Shown: piece by piece, positions 12,911 through 25,429 of the stretch | Position numbering within the stretch: the first letter of the stretch is position 1 | Layout of the letters: each line of letters begins with the position of its first letter | NCBI GenBank assembly: GCA_024704765.1 | Contig: JAKMXF010000312.1 | Coordinates: 62,001 to 126,000 of the forward strand | Reading direction: 5' to 3' | From: Oopsacas minuta | Lineage: Eukaryota > Animalia > Porifera | Length of the DNA: 64,000 bases | The notes under the pieces: model-generated | Databases searched by the model: none | Told to the model about the DNA's origin: nothing | Seen by the model: the letters and a program-made list of their open reading frames with translations, nothing else | Position numbers and translations under genes: made by a program

Positions 12911-14313
12911 TTATGAATAAATAATTTTGTATATCATTCAGTGTATATATAGATTCCAAAGGCCTATTTGTGGCTAATGAATACCATCAGCTTCATAGAA
13001 AGTGATCTTATTGGTTACCGAGATTATCAGGTTACTTATTTCTTTGAATTATCATATTTTCAAAATTGTGTCGACTGGACACTTTTCACACTCCAAATTG
13101 TGTCTATATGACACTTCAAATTGGAACCAAGCGATAGCCTACTTTATTTAAGGTATTCTTTCCTAGAAGCCCTTAACCTGACGTATGATCTCTGATTAAT
13201 TCATAGCTATTTTAGCATTAATGTATTCATCAATATTGCAACTTAATATTAGACTGAATTTATGTATATTATTATTTTCACACCTCTAATTAATGCAGAA
13301 TTTATTCCATGACTGATAATATTCATATATGTTATATGCTTCATTATTTCGTCACATATTTTGGCTTCATTTTTGTTACTTAAAATTAATAAGATTATAG
13401 CAGCCATTTTGAGGTGTTAATATTTTCTATAGCATCTTAATACATAAATATTGAAGCCACTTTTAACAGTAAAATTCCTTAAGATTACAACCCGTAAGGA
13501 CACAATTATACATTAGTACGTATTTTAATATTTGAGTGAGGTTTTTCACATTCAACGGTCTGTGAATATAATAATAGCCGTTAAGGAATCCTAATAACGA
13601 CAATTCCATGTATTGTTATGGTATTATATCACACAAAGGTGATAGTTCCAATTGTAACCTAATGATTGCATAAGAGAATCTCTCAAACAGTGTGGGAATA
13701 ATCAGGGCCTCTGACTGGATCGGGAAGTCACGGACCATTTGTTATCTTCCCGAAATGAGTACATATTAGCCAAATATTTTGATGATTATTCTATGTTTAG
13801 ACCGTGAGGTCTAGGCCAACTGACCATCCTGTCCCTCTCTCAGAGGGCCTGGAAATAATAGGAGGCGAAGATGGCATATTATCAGTACGCATAAAACCTG
13901 ACAAGTCGTCTTTGTGTCGCGTTACGAGTAGACATAACATACACCCGATAATCCTAACACATATGATAGAGATTACTCAGGTTATGTCTGCGTGTATGTT
14001 CTCATCTCTTCCGTAATTAATATCTGTAGCTAGTGTAATTTGATTAAGATTGTTTACGTCGTACAATTATTTGCTTACTTGGAAGTTTATATTACAGCAA
14101 ATTGTGTCAGAACCATCTCTGATAAGACCTACCCCTCTGGAAATGAAAATAAGTTCGTACTAATCGGAGTATGTCTTATGCAAGAATTGATAATCTGTTT
14201 TGTAGAAAAGTGAGTTATACTGTAATTTACTTTCCTTGAGGCTCACAGTCCTCTCCCCCTGTCCCTGTAAATATGAACCTGTCTTTATATCACTTACGTC
14301 ACAATTAGCTAAT

Positions 14314-14790
14314 ATGTCAGAGAAGCAGGATAGTCTAACTAAACGAATCCGTCTTACAACATTCGGTACTATTTCTATACTAGCACACTCTCTGGGTATA
14401 ATCCTAGCTACCTACCATGCGTACCTATCCTTCTATCTCTTCACACTTAACACCCCAGGGTCCAGTGCTACTTTTGTCACCTCTGAAGCCCTGGTATACA
14501 GCATAATACATGCTGTATTTGGCGCGTTGAGCATAACATCTGCTGCATTTGGTCTCTATCCAAGTCGTAGCTCTAGAAAGTTCTCTCTCGCTCTCCTTAT
14601 CACAGCTGAGCTATTTATAGTAACAGGTTTCATCCTAGACATCTTGGGGGTAGTGTATTATGTGGAGGTGTTTGGTGTCCTGGGTAACAGGCTATTTATC
14701 GTCCATATTGTTACTATTGTTTATGATGCTATGTTGTTTGTTTACGGAATTATTTACGCTGTTATTTTGATTACAGCTACTTTTAGATAG
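14314..14790 (+). CDS. Small intronless four-TM protein (tetraspan/MS4A-like, no large loop)
   Basis: ORF from ATG 14314 (MSEKQD...) with four ~20-25 aa hydrophobic stretches. Confidence 0.7.
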   Translation: MSEKQDSLTKRIRLTTFGTISILAHSLGIILATYHAYLSFYLFTLNTPGSSATFVTSEALVYSIIHAVFGALSITSAAFGLYPSRSSRKFSLALLITAELFIVTGFILDILGVVYYVEVFGVLGNRLFIVHIVTIVYDAMLFVYGIIYAVILITATFR

Positions 14791-14791
14791 G

Positions 14792-14844
<53 letters not shown>

Positions 14845-14845
14845 G
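14791..14845 (+). repeat. (GTT)n microsatellite directly after the stop codon
   Basis: About 18 GTT units. Confidence 0.95.
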
Positions 14846-15536
14846 ACTTTATATAACTTTTCACATTTTCTACAACTATCACTTTATTTATTGATTTTTT
14901 ATTTATTATTCTATTTATTAAACTTGTTTGTATTTTATTTCATTTAACACATAATTCACACCTAAAATGATAAAGTAGAGTCATTCAAATTATTCTATAA
15001 TTTCCCGCCCGCAATAACAATAACAATAACAATAACAATAACAGGGGGTTTATTATACCGGTTAAACTGTCCATATTTCCTGGAGCCGATTACCCCATAC
15101 TAATGATAAATACAAACAACAATATCTGTGTATGCTCAGCTGATATGTAGAGTAGAGTAGCGATAGAAGGAATGTTGTACCGAACATTTCTTAAAATAGC
15201 AACAATATTGGGTGTAAGAGGATTCATACTCACTTACTATAAGTGAAGGGTATTTGGCATTCTTTCTTGGATTCGTTACCATGGTGACGCGTGACTCTGT
15301 GAGCACGCTACCTCACTCTTTCACATCAAATTTGTAACTCAATTATCCAAATTAACTTAACTGTTAATTATCATTGAACAGATAAAACCGTATTCTTCAC
15401 GTATGCAATACTATCCACACACGAATAGGATATGGAACTAATCATATCATTCTTAAAGGTGTGAATATAGTAGTCTTATACTTGCTATAAATGCCAGGAC
15501 GTATCTCTGATATGTATTCGTGTTATTATTGTTGTT

Positions 15537-17754
15537 ATGAAGGTATTACTGATAGTGGTTCTTGTATTACTGCCACTTCACACCTACGGTCAGATACCCA
15601 CGGTATGTTCCGATGCGAATAGTTTAGGTAATTCTATTTGTTGTCCTGACACCTCGGATGGTGTGTGTGGAGAATCAGCTGGTCGTGGGGCCTGTGTGTC
15701 ACTGTCCCTCTCAGGTTATGACAGTGGGTCGAGTCATGTGAGGGACAACTGGCCCCATTACTACACCCAGATGTGTAGTTGTAACGGGGGATACGGAGGT
15801 ATTGATTGTAGCAGATGTAAGATAGGCTACTACGGGTCTGATTGTAGCCGGATTGATGTCACCCCTCGGAGAGAAGTTGGGTCATACACCCCTGCAGAAT
15901 GGGACGAATTCAACAGGGTGCTTAGACTGACGCGAGAGTATGATTCAGGGTACCAAGTAGTACTCAAAGAGGAAGTACCAGGAACAGAAATACTGGAGAC
16001 AACTAATGCTAGTCTCTACGGTCTGTACGTATGGATGCATCATTATGCAGCTAAGGACTCACTAGCAAGTACGTTAACACCTTAGTATAGTCAGTTCATG
16101 TTATATCTATAGTTCCAGTTTAGGGACCGTGATAATTAGTTCCATATAACTGATGACATATGTGTAGATATAAGCAGGGTTGAGTGTATGTCTGATTGGT
16201 GTGAAAATTGGCACATCTGGAAGGTAGATCACCACTTGAATTAGAATTATTAATATTTTCACAAATTTGGGATTCTGAAGGGCATAAATAGACCCCCGGT
16301 ACGTACCTCTTGATAGTCCATTTAGATCCAACGGGGCAGGGATTGTAGCCATGACTGCACCCTTCTTTATTAATTTAGTTCTGGTTTAATAGGTTTACCG
16401 GATCTGAGAGATTATGCACATTCGGCTCCAGGATTCACCACATGGCACAGATATCACACCTTGTGGTTTGAGTGGGAAATACAAGGAATGTTGAAACAAA
16501 TGGGAGATCCAAATTATCACACCTTCAGGTTATGAATTATGAATATATGCCCAATAGAATATCAGCTTATGCAAACCCTCATAGAGCGACACAATTGTCA
16601 CTTTTTCTAAGAGATATGTGAATATTTTGCTTAGATATTCTATCATGTCTTAGGTTATTCCACTTTTCACACCTATGCCAATTTTCAAGTTTGTAGCACT
16701 TACCAACACCTCAATAAATAGGAACTAATCGATTAGTTCCTATTTATATTCCATATATTATTAATGTTCTATTTAGGTTCGCATATTGGGATTGGCGCGT
16801 AGAAATACTGAATAGTTCTGGTATCACGACCAATGATCTATTCACAGAGGAGAGAATAGGCGCCACATATAATGTTGGAGGTTACCCCCGGGTGAATGGT
16901 ACAGTTATTGGAGACGGTTGGGACACAATCTGTTGGCTCACCCTATTCGATATTTGTGACCCCAGGAACTCAACCGGTCCTCTTCAGAGGTGTCCCTTCA
17001 CTGGAACAAACCCATGTGACATTTCTAACCCTGACTGGGCTACAATTGCAGATGTAGACAAGGCTTTAAATGAGGACTCGTACGATTTCCCGCCTTATAA
17101 CATTCTGACCATAGGGGGATACAGGGCTGTAGTCGATTTCTTGGTGGGTACTCTATCTCTATCAGAATGTGGGGATGATAGATTGTGTCAGTGTCTGGGA
17201 CTATCAGGGTCTGATACCACCTGTGACTCTCTTGGTGTAACCTTCAAAGCTAATATGCATTCCAAGGTCAGTATTATGTAACTACGTTGATATTCGTAAA
17301 TAATCCTGCCACATTTTATACCATAAGTAGCCACTTTATAGGTGTTAATTGTGTCGCCCTTTAGATCCACTTCATCTTGGGGGTAGGTGATTTAACCTCT
17401 GCACTGACTCTTGAACTAACCAAGAAAGGACACCTTGAGGATGTGGCAGCCTCTCCTAACGATCCTGTCTTCATATTCCATCACTTAACACTTGACTGTA
17501 TGTTTGAGGAATGGATGCAGTCACATCCTGATGAAGGATACCCAACCTTCCCTCTACAGAATCCTGGACACAAGATTGGGGACTATATGGTACCATTTAT
17601 GCCCCTATACACCCAAGGAGACATGTTTGTACCCGGGTCCACCTTTGGGTTTTCTTGTAGTCTCCCTAATATTACTGTCAGCCACGCGACAACATTTTCA
17701 CACCTCAGTTTGTGTGTCATTCTACTCTTCTGTTTATTGACTCTGCTATTGTAA
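15537..17754 (+). CDS. Tyrosinase / tyrosinase-related protein (type-3 copper protein)
   Basis: Exons 15537-16068, 16393-16528, 16777-17266, 17365-17754. Signal peptide, Cys-rich EGF-like region (CSCNGGYGGIDCSRCKIGYYG), CuA (WMHHY, YAHSAPGFTTWHR), YWDW, CuB (MHSKIHF, SPNDPVFIFHH), hydrophobic C-terminus. Confidence 0.92.
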
Positions 17755-18036
17755 CACCTTAAGTGTCACAGCTGTAGCTTAGTAACCATTTCTGGTTATA
17801 GAATGTAGTATTATTTAATCTCTGCTATATTATTGTGTTATACTTACATTAATATGTAGTCGTTTATTTGTACAATTATGGACTGTAGGGGGCTGGATTA
17901 GCGCCTGGGGGGTACAAATAATACCCATGCCATACATGACACCTTATTTTCACCCTCTATGATTATACTTCTTGTTTACAAACACCTTTAAGCAAACAAC
18001 AAATTAGTTCATATTTGTATTTACGTATCGTTAGTT

Positions 18037-18531
18037 ATGGACAACTACTACAGTCTAGGGAGCAAAACACGTCACCTGTTAGTTTCAGTTCCAATAGTTA
18101 ACATACTAATAAACGTAATAATGTTTATACTCGCATTCTTCTATGGAACATTCTCTATTTATTACACCTTGACAGAAACAGCTGATTTCCAAACTATCCA
18201 ACCACTTGTATTTTGTATCGGGGTAGTTCTAGCAGGAACTCTTTCAATAATTATTAGCATATTGGTCCTATCTGGGTCCAATTCGGGCCTCAAGACCTCT
18301 GGAGTTATTATTTTCATCCCCTTCGCTATTTATGTGTTGTTGTTGTTGACAACATTTGTTGTTATAACACTTTTCTTCACTTCAGAATTTTTCACTGACG
18401 ATCCTCTTAAGGAATACTTCTATATACTTCATATAATTGGAGGTGTTAGTCTTGTTGTTGTTATACTGTTTACCTTGTTGTTTACTATACTTCTGCGTCT
18501 ATCTATCAGCAATATTGAACTAGAGGAGTAG
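18037..18531 (+). CDS. Small intronless four-TM protein
   Basis: 164-aa ORF with four hydrophobic segments and short loops. Confidence 0.7.
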   Translation: MDNYYSLGSKTRHLLVSVPIVNILINVIMFILAFFYGTFSIYYTLTETADFQTIQPLVFCIGVVLAGTLSIIISILVLSGSNSGLKTSGVIIFIPFAIYVLLLLTTFVVITLFFTSEFFTDDPLKEYFYILHIIGGVSLVVVILFTLLFTILLRLSISNIELEE

Positions 18532-19001
18532 AACTTATATGTTTATTTGTTTACGAATTATTTATAACATTTTATCACTTATATTTACAAATGTTTGTGT
18601 TAAGTTTCTAAAATTATATTTTATTTTCATTCGTTGTTGTTTATAATGTATATTCCTAGCAACAGACATGGGACTAGGAATGTCATTTGTAGATAGTTTG
18701 TCACCTCTTGGTGTCCATTGTAGATATACACAAATCCTTGTTTATGTCTAAACAATTTGTTTACTTACAGTTAACACCTAATACAGAATATTTTATTTGA
18801 TAATAAATACAAATATATTTCCTATGCAATCAATCTCTCTAACTGTAGCCTCAAAAATGCATTAACGTATATTAGAACCATAATTATCACTTTAGTGTTA
18901 ATACCAATAGGCACTGCTATCTCCATATAACAGAGAATATTCACTGAGAGTGTTTGTTTGTTCTTATACTGTATTTATTGTTGTTGATTGTTCTGCTTTA
19001 A

Positions 19002-19511
19002 ATGGACTCTAAACAGGACCTGAAGGGACCGAGCCTACTCCTCAAAATATGCGCTACAATAAATGTCTTCTCGTTTATCCCTGGTGTAATAGTGGGATTC
19101 CTACACCTCGCGTTCTCTATAGTATTCCTCGCACAATCTGGCTTGGGGTCTACTCTAGCGTTCCAACAGACCAACTACATAATAACAGCCCCTATGTTCT
19201 TCTTTTTGGGCTATCTCCTCGCCGCCATAATATCCACTATCGCGTCTGTCCTAATACTCAAACATGATAGGATGACTCATTGTATCGCCGGGTTCCTTCT
19301 CCTGTTCCCCACTTGTCTCCTCGGGATGATAATTGTCATTGATATCTTAGTGATCATTTTCTGGTACTCGAATGATTTCGGAGAGACCCTCCCTTACGTG
19401 TTTGGTATGTATGTTGCAGCTATTGTTGCGATCTGCCTAGCGTTTATACAATTCTGGTACCATGTGTTCCTTACCCAGCTGTTGAGGATGAAGGGTGCCG
19501 GATGGTACTAA
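19002..19511 (+). CDS. Small intronless four-TM protein
   Basis: 169-aa ORF with four hydrophobic segments; TM1 (KICATINVF) resembles TM1 of the local tetraspanins (ILATINVI). Confidence 0.72.
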   Translation: MDSKQDLKGPSLLLKICATINVFSFIPGVIVGFLHLAFSIVFLAQSGLGSTLAFQQTNYIITAPMFFFLGYLLAAIISTIASVLILKHDRMTHCIAGFLLLFPTCLLGMIIVIDILVIIFWYSNDFGETLPYVFGMYVAAIVAICLAFIQFWYHVFLTQLLRMKGAGWY

Positions 19512-20415
19512 CATTCCACACATTCTTTCTGTTACTATATTTACTAACATTCCATACATTCTTTCTGTCACTATAGTTACTTACATTTTCAATATTTATC
19601 TTCTTTACAACACTTGTTTACTAATGATTTTCCCTTATTATTATTATTATTATGTTAGCAACCGTAAGGGTGGCAAGGAATGTATAAATGTCAAGGTAGT
19701 TTATCGTGAACCTCCTGGCCTCATAAGTAATTTATAAACTGTACAGAGGGGCTAGTTCTTACAAAACTTATTTACCCCTCTTTCAAGCGACCTACCTCTT
19801 CGAATCGTATACCAGTTATAAGCACTATCCTTTGGAAACCTGACCTCATATATTCCAGTATATTTATACCGGTTATATGAACATGGACTGCTACTCATAA
19901 GGGTGTTCTTATAATCAGTACACACTCAGTTTTCTAAGAAACCATGGAAACACAGCTGCTGACACATTAATCAACACAATGGTTGTTACGAGCAATGAAT
20001 TTAGTAACAAAGATATTATTCCTAATACGAATAGCTTCTTAATGAATCGTACTTCCGCCATAAATGGAGTATTACTTTCAATATATAAATAAATAGACGA
20101 TTCATAGAGTAACCATATGATATATTATTTATCATCTACAGAAACTGATAATATATTGATCACATTCCTACCTGGATATGGAACCTCTCCTCTTGTAGCT
20201 GTAATTGTAGACTACTTGATGTGCCATTTAATGCACCCTCAAAATCCCGTGATCTTATCACCTGACAATAATTGTACCCATTTTTTGTTCAACTAGACTT
20301 TCAAAGTAATGAATGATATGTTTAATATCAATAAATATATAAGAATAATACAAACAATAAAGTAAGTAACAGGGAAATAGAATATATTATAAATACAATT
20401 ACAGAGAGGTTGTGA

Positions 20416-20910
20416 TTAAGCAGGTATTGTATGACGAATACTACCCAGTATTAATGCTATATACCATCTGTTAAATACCAATAATACTAACTGAATAACA
20501 CACAGGAAAGGCATTAATGATGGAGGTATTAATAATAACCCATATGGGTAAGAGGAGAAAAAATTAACAAAACCACCTATTAACATAATAATATAATAAA
20601 TAAGAATTATGAATTGAGATATACCTGAGATGATTAACAAGCAGAGGCCAATTATCCTGTGTTTCCTCTGTTCCATGAATCCCAAACAAGACCCTATCAT
20701 GGTTACTATTATAGTTATCAAACTGATTATGGTGTTTATTGAATGTCCAAGTACTCCGAATATATAGAAACCGCCACCAAGAAGAAAAAAACCATTGAAG
20801 ACAGCTGCTGTTATATTAATCGCCAGAATATTTAATAAAAACAGCGCATTTATTACCAATGATATTATTCCACATATTAAGAGATGTTTGATGAATCTTA
20901 CTTCTGTCAT
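20416..20910 (-). CDS. Small intronless four-TM protein (copy 1 of a tandem pair)
   Basis: 164-aa hydrophobic ORF; near-identical copy at 21293-21819. Confidence 0.72.
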   Translation of the reverse strand: MTEVRFIKHLLICGIISLVINALFLLNILAINITAAVFNGFFLLGGGFYIFGVLGHSINTIISLITIIVTMIGSCLGFMEQRKHRIIGLCLLIISGISQFIILIYYIIMLIGGFVNFFSSYPYGLLLIPPSLMPFLCVIQLVLLVFNRWYIALILGSIRHTIPA

Positions 20911-21292
20911 AATATTCTTTTCAGTTTATCTAACATTACAGATACTGTTAGGATATATATTCATACTCAATACATACTCTACCATGTGATATACTATTAA
21001 TCATATCATACATATATCATTTTCCATTTGGGATATATGGAACCTCTCCTCTTGTAGCTATTTAGAAATTGTAGAGACCACCTGATCTGATATTTAATGC
21101 ACCCTCAAAACCCCGTGATCTTATCACCTGACAATAATTGTACCCATTTTTGAACAACTAGACTTTGAAAGTAATGAATAATATGTTTAATATCAATAAA
21201 TATATAAGAATAATACAAACAATAAAGTAAGTAACAGGGAAATAGAATATATTATAAATACAATTACAGAGAGATTGTGTATATATGTATGT

Positions 21293-21819
21293 TTAAGCAG
21301 GTATTGTATAACGAATACTGACCAGTATTACTGCTATATACAATGTGTTAATTATACATAATATAGACTGAATAACACACATAAAAGGCATTAATGAGGG
21401 AGATATTAATACATACCCATATGGGTAAGAGGAGAAGTTAACGAAACCACCTATTAACATAATAATATAATAAATAAGAATTATGAATTGAGATATACCT
21501 GAGATGATTAACAAGCAGAGGCCAATTATCCTGTGTTTCCTCTGTTCCATGAATCCAAAACAGGACCCTATCATGGTTACTATTATAGTTATGAAACTAT
21601 TTATGATGTTTACTGAATGTCCAATTGTTCCGAATAAATAGAAGCCGTTAGTTCTGATTACAGGATTATTATTATAATAATAATAATAGCGGATACTAAA
21701 CCATAGAAGACAGCTGCTGTTATATTAATCGCCAGAATATTTAATAAAAACAGCGCATTTATTACCAATGATATTATTCCTAATATTAAGAGATGTTTGA
21801 TGAATCTTACTTCTGTCAT
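21293..21819 (-). pseudogene. Frameshifted tandem copy of the 20416-20910 four-TM gene
   Basis: ATG (21819) to TAA (21293) spans 527 nt, not a multiple of 3. The frame breaks near 21690, next to a TAT/AAT microsatellite. Flanks are duplicated (unit marker atatggaacctctcctcttg at ~20177, ~21036, ~21945). Confidence 0.75.
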
Positions 21820-22485
21820 AATATTATTTTCAGTTTATCTAACATTACAGATAGTATTAGGATATATATTCATACTCAATACATACTCTACCATGTGATA
21901 TATTATTAATCATATCATACATATATCATATTCCAATTGGGATATATGGAACCTCTCCTCTTGTGTTATGATTGTACCTCTATAACAAATAAGTTCTAAC
22001 ACCAATTAGTATGGGGCAGCTATGAACACTAAATTTGCTTCCGCCAGCCTGTATGTATAATTGCATCACACGTACTGTGTGCTTGATGGGTATAGTGAAG
22101 GTGTTTACCGACTTATGTTTGTTGTTGTTGTTGCTGTTGTTGTTGTTGTTGTTGTTAATATTATGTTAGATTTCCCTCTTATAATTAATGAATACTTTCC
22201 TTGTGTACATGTATAATTTCTAACTGTATAGAATTTTAGATTTTCTATGAGTAGAATATGGAATTGGTCTGTATACTCTGGACCAATCGAGCTGTTCGTG
22301 AAGCTAGTTTATTACCACTTTAGTTGTGCTAGAATATAATATCCCCTAGGAGATTATTCTAACAATTCATGGAGTAACCCGTGTAATACAATATTTATCA
22401 TTTCCTTAGTTTAGTATGTAGATCAGATTGCAATAAATATATAATAGAATGGAACTCAAACTTGGGAATATTATCTCAGTGGAAT

Positions 22486-24126
22486 ATGGGTGAAATAGGA
22501 CAGCGATGCTTCGGAAAAGTAATATCTTTTGTATGCTGTAAGTATTGTTCAGCTTTCACTCTTGTGTATGTTTATTCAGCTCTATCTTATCTAGTTGGTA
22601 CAAGTTGTCCTAATGAGAATAAAGGGGTTTGCATTTTCGCGGCGGTTGTGTATTTTATGATTACTCCACTTCCTCTTGTTGTTTCTTGTCTTTCCTGTTG
22701 TGCGTGCTTTGTGTTAATATCTGACAATATCAACAAAAGCTTAACGTGTCTGGGAATTACAAATGTATTCGTAGTTATCCATCTAGTGATGGATATCATC
22801 CTGTTAATAGTGGCACTTAGCTCTAGTGTAAGATCACTAGTTACCAATGTGACGTTGTTGGCTCTGGCATGTTCGATTATTATAAATATTCTGATTTTGA
22901 TATGCTTCGGTCTAAGCTGTGTGGGTCAGTGCGGTAGAAAAATAAAATGTCGAGAGAGACGTTCTGAGTTGCCTTTTGAACGTAGTGAACTACCATTATA
23001 TGCAGAGATACTTGCTAGAGTCCCAGCAAAAAATAAACGTCTACAGAAGCCTACACCCGTTATAACATCGACAAATACACAGAAACCTACACCCGTTATC
23101 AAATCGACATATACACAGAAACATGCTATATGTCCAACACTTATAGAGAAGGACATGTTGTTTTCCAACCAAAACATTGAGAGAGATAATCCTGTAGAGA
23201 TACGTGCTATACAACCGGCATTTCTAGAAAGGGACATATTGTTTTCCAACCAAAACATTGGGAGAGATAATCCTGTAGAGATACATGTTATACAACCGGT
23301 ATATTATGAGATACCTGCTTGGATACCACAAACACTTCCAGACAGTCCTGCTGTCCCTGTTGTTGTAGAATCGGTACATTCAGACAGCCCTGTTGTCCCT
23401 GTTGCTGTAGAATCTGTACTTTCAGACAGTCCTGATCCTGATCCTGTTGTCTCCAAACACCCTAACAGTCCTGTTTATCATACTCCAGACAGTCCTGTTG
23501 TCCCTGTTGCTATAGAATCGGTACATTCAGACAGTCCTGATCCTGATCCTGATCCTGTTGTATCCAAACACCCTAACAGTCCTGTTTATGATATTCCAGA
23601 CAGTCCTGTTTATCATACTCCAGACAGTCCTGTTTATGATATTCCAGACTGTCCTGTTTATCATACTCCAGACAGTCCTGTTGTCCCTGTTGCTGTAGAA
23701 TTGGTACATTCAGACAGTCCTGATCCTGATCCTGATCCTGATCCTGCTGTATCCAAACACCCTAACAGTCCTGTTTATGATATTCCAGACAGTCTTGTTG
23801 TCCCTGTTGCTGTAGAATCGGTACATTCAGACAGTCCTGATCCTGTTGTATCCAAACACCCTAACAGTTCTGTATATGATATTCCAGACAGTCCTGCTGT
23901 CCCTGTTGCTGTAGAATCGGTACATTCAGACAGTCCTGATCCTGTTGTATCCAAACACCCTAACAGTTCTGTATATGATATTCCAGACAGTCTTGTTGTC
24001 CCTGTTGCTGTAGAATCGGTACATTCAGACAGTCCTGATCCTGTTGTATCCAAACACCCTAACAGTTCTGTATATGATATTCCAGACAGTCCTGTTACAG
24101 TTCAACCGTTATCCAAAGGCTTTTAA
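22486..24126 (+). CDS. Four-TM protein with a long Pro/Ser/Asp-rich tandem-repeat C-terminal tail
   Basis: Single ORF (first ATG 22486; ORF track opens at 22462) with four Cys-rich hydrophobic segments and ~340 aa of hydrophilic tail. Confidence 0.75.
   Translation: MGEIGQRCFGKVISFVCCKYCSAFTLVYVYSALSYLVGTSCPNENKGVCIFAAVVYFMITPLPLVVSCLSCCACFVLISDNINKSLTCLGITNVFVVIHLVMDIILLIVALSSSVRSLVTNVTLLALACSIIINILILICFGLSCVGQCGRKIKCRERRSELPFERSELPLYAEILARVPAKNKRLQKPTPVITSTNTQKPTPVIKSTYTQKHAICPTLIEKDMLFSNQNIERDNPVEIRAIQPAFLERDILFSNQNIGRDNPVEIHVIQPVYYEIPAWIPQTLPDSPAVPVVVESVHSDSPVVPVAVESVLSDSPDPDPVVSKHPNSPVYHTPDSPVVPVAIESVHSDSPDPDPDPVVSKHPNSPVYDIPDSPVYHTPDSPVYDIPDCPVYHTPDSPVVPVAVELVHSDSPDPDPDPDPAVSKHPNSPVYDIPDSLVVPVAVESVHSDSPDPVVSKHPNSSVYDIPDSPAVPVAVESVHSDSPDPVVSKHPNSSVYDIPDSLVVPVAVESVHSDSPDPVVSKHPNSSVYDIPDSPVTVQPLSKGF
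23338..24093 (+). repeat. Coding minisatellite (~90-100 bp units plus 21-bp sub-units) encoding PDSP(V/A)VPVAVESVHSDSP(DP)nVVSKHPNS(P/S)VY(D/H)(I/T)
   Basis: Repeated ccagacagtcctg...gtagaatcggtacattcagacagtcctgatcctg...ccaaacaccctaacagt blocks. Confidence 0.95.
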
Positions 24127-24528
24127 TAAATATTATTGTGTTTATTGAATTATGTTTGTTGTTATTATTTGTTATTTATTTATATCATACTAATTATCTC
24201 TGATAATTAGATTAATTGAGAGGTTAACAATTCACTATATTTAATGGATCCAATTTGGTCCAATGGGGTCATAATAAGGGTCTATCATAATTGTACTCTA
24301 ATCGTGTTTATCTTTGGCTAATTTTTCCATTAATTTGAATTCAAATTTGATGTAAAATGCTTTCATAATATAGAATATTCTAGAACAATTTCGCAATAAC
24401 ATTTCCTATAATTCTACCAACTGGATAATCTCCCACTGCTATCCGCTACGTAATGAATACTCAATTTTATTTTAATAATATAAACAGCATATTTACTTAC
24501 AAACACAACAACAACAACAAACAAATAA

Positions 24529-25038
24529 TCACGCTGGTTTTCTGTCATCTCTCTTCCAATCAAAACTCTTACAAATCATACAAATATAGAAACTTCCATA
24601 CCCAAACAGACCGCACTGACACAAACATATTCCTGGGGCTACTGCTACAGGAATATACAACAGAGCATTGCTGACACCCCCCACTATAAATCCAGCTATC
24701 ATCACAACAAAATTGGCGCCAAAGAATAGAAACAATACCGAATTTGTTATGATCAACATTTTGAGTCCAATCTTCCTCACATGGTCCTGATACATGAATC
24801 CAAGCGCCGATCCGATTAGCGTTACGACAGCGAATACGACACTAAACAGGAAGAATGCAATATACACAGCACCCGCTGATAATGTAAAAGGAACCTCTTG
24901 TCCTAACCCTGAATACACGAAGTATAATATAGCTCCTGTAAGGTTCAGTCCCGCTAGCGGCATGAGTAGGAATGAATTTAGCATTATGGATATGATACCA
25001 AACGCTAAGAGGTGTGAAATAACTTGTGTCTCTGCCAT
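24529..25038 (-). CDS. Small intronless four-TM protein, relative of the 20416 gene
   Basis: MAETQVISHLLAFGIISIMLN parallels MTEVRFIKHLLICGIISLVIN; IGSALGFM parallels IGSCLGFM. Confidence 0.75.
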   Translation of the reverse strand: MAETQVISHLLAFGIISIMLNSFLLMPLAGLNLTGAILYFVYSGLGQEVPFTLSAGAVYIAFFLFSVVFAVVTLIGSALGFMYQDHVRKIGLKMLIITNSVLFLFFGANFVVMIAGFIVGGVSNALLYIPVAVAPGICLCQCGLFGYGSFYICMICKSFDWKRDDRKPA

Positions 25039-25429
25039 ATGTATATTTACTATTCCTTATACCATCTTTATATACACATTCTGTACATACATATTCCTTA
25101 CTGGTCATTTTCTAGAAATATGACTGTAGTATTTGCTTAGCTCACTTCTAATTGCATAAATAGAATCGTAGCCATCTTCTGGTGCTAATTGTGTCATATT
25201 TATTGTGCCACCAGGGATATAATTGGGCCAATGAGACACTTTTGTTACCCCATGGTCCCAGCTGATTTGCTAAAAATAGAATTCTGTTAATTTCCTCTCA
25301 CCAATCAAATTACAGCCTCAGATAGGCTTACAATCAACCAATAGAATATCAGCTTACGGTATTCTGTGAGAATATTTGTTGTTGTTTACATGTTTATTAT
25401 TCAGGAATTCGTCACGTAATTAGCCATAT

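Noticed and set aside
22926-24053. Minus-strand repeat ORFs over the 22486 gene
   Set aside because: Antisense frames of the coding minisatellite.
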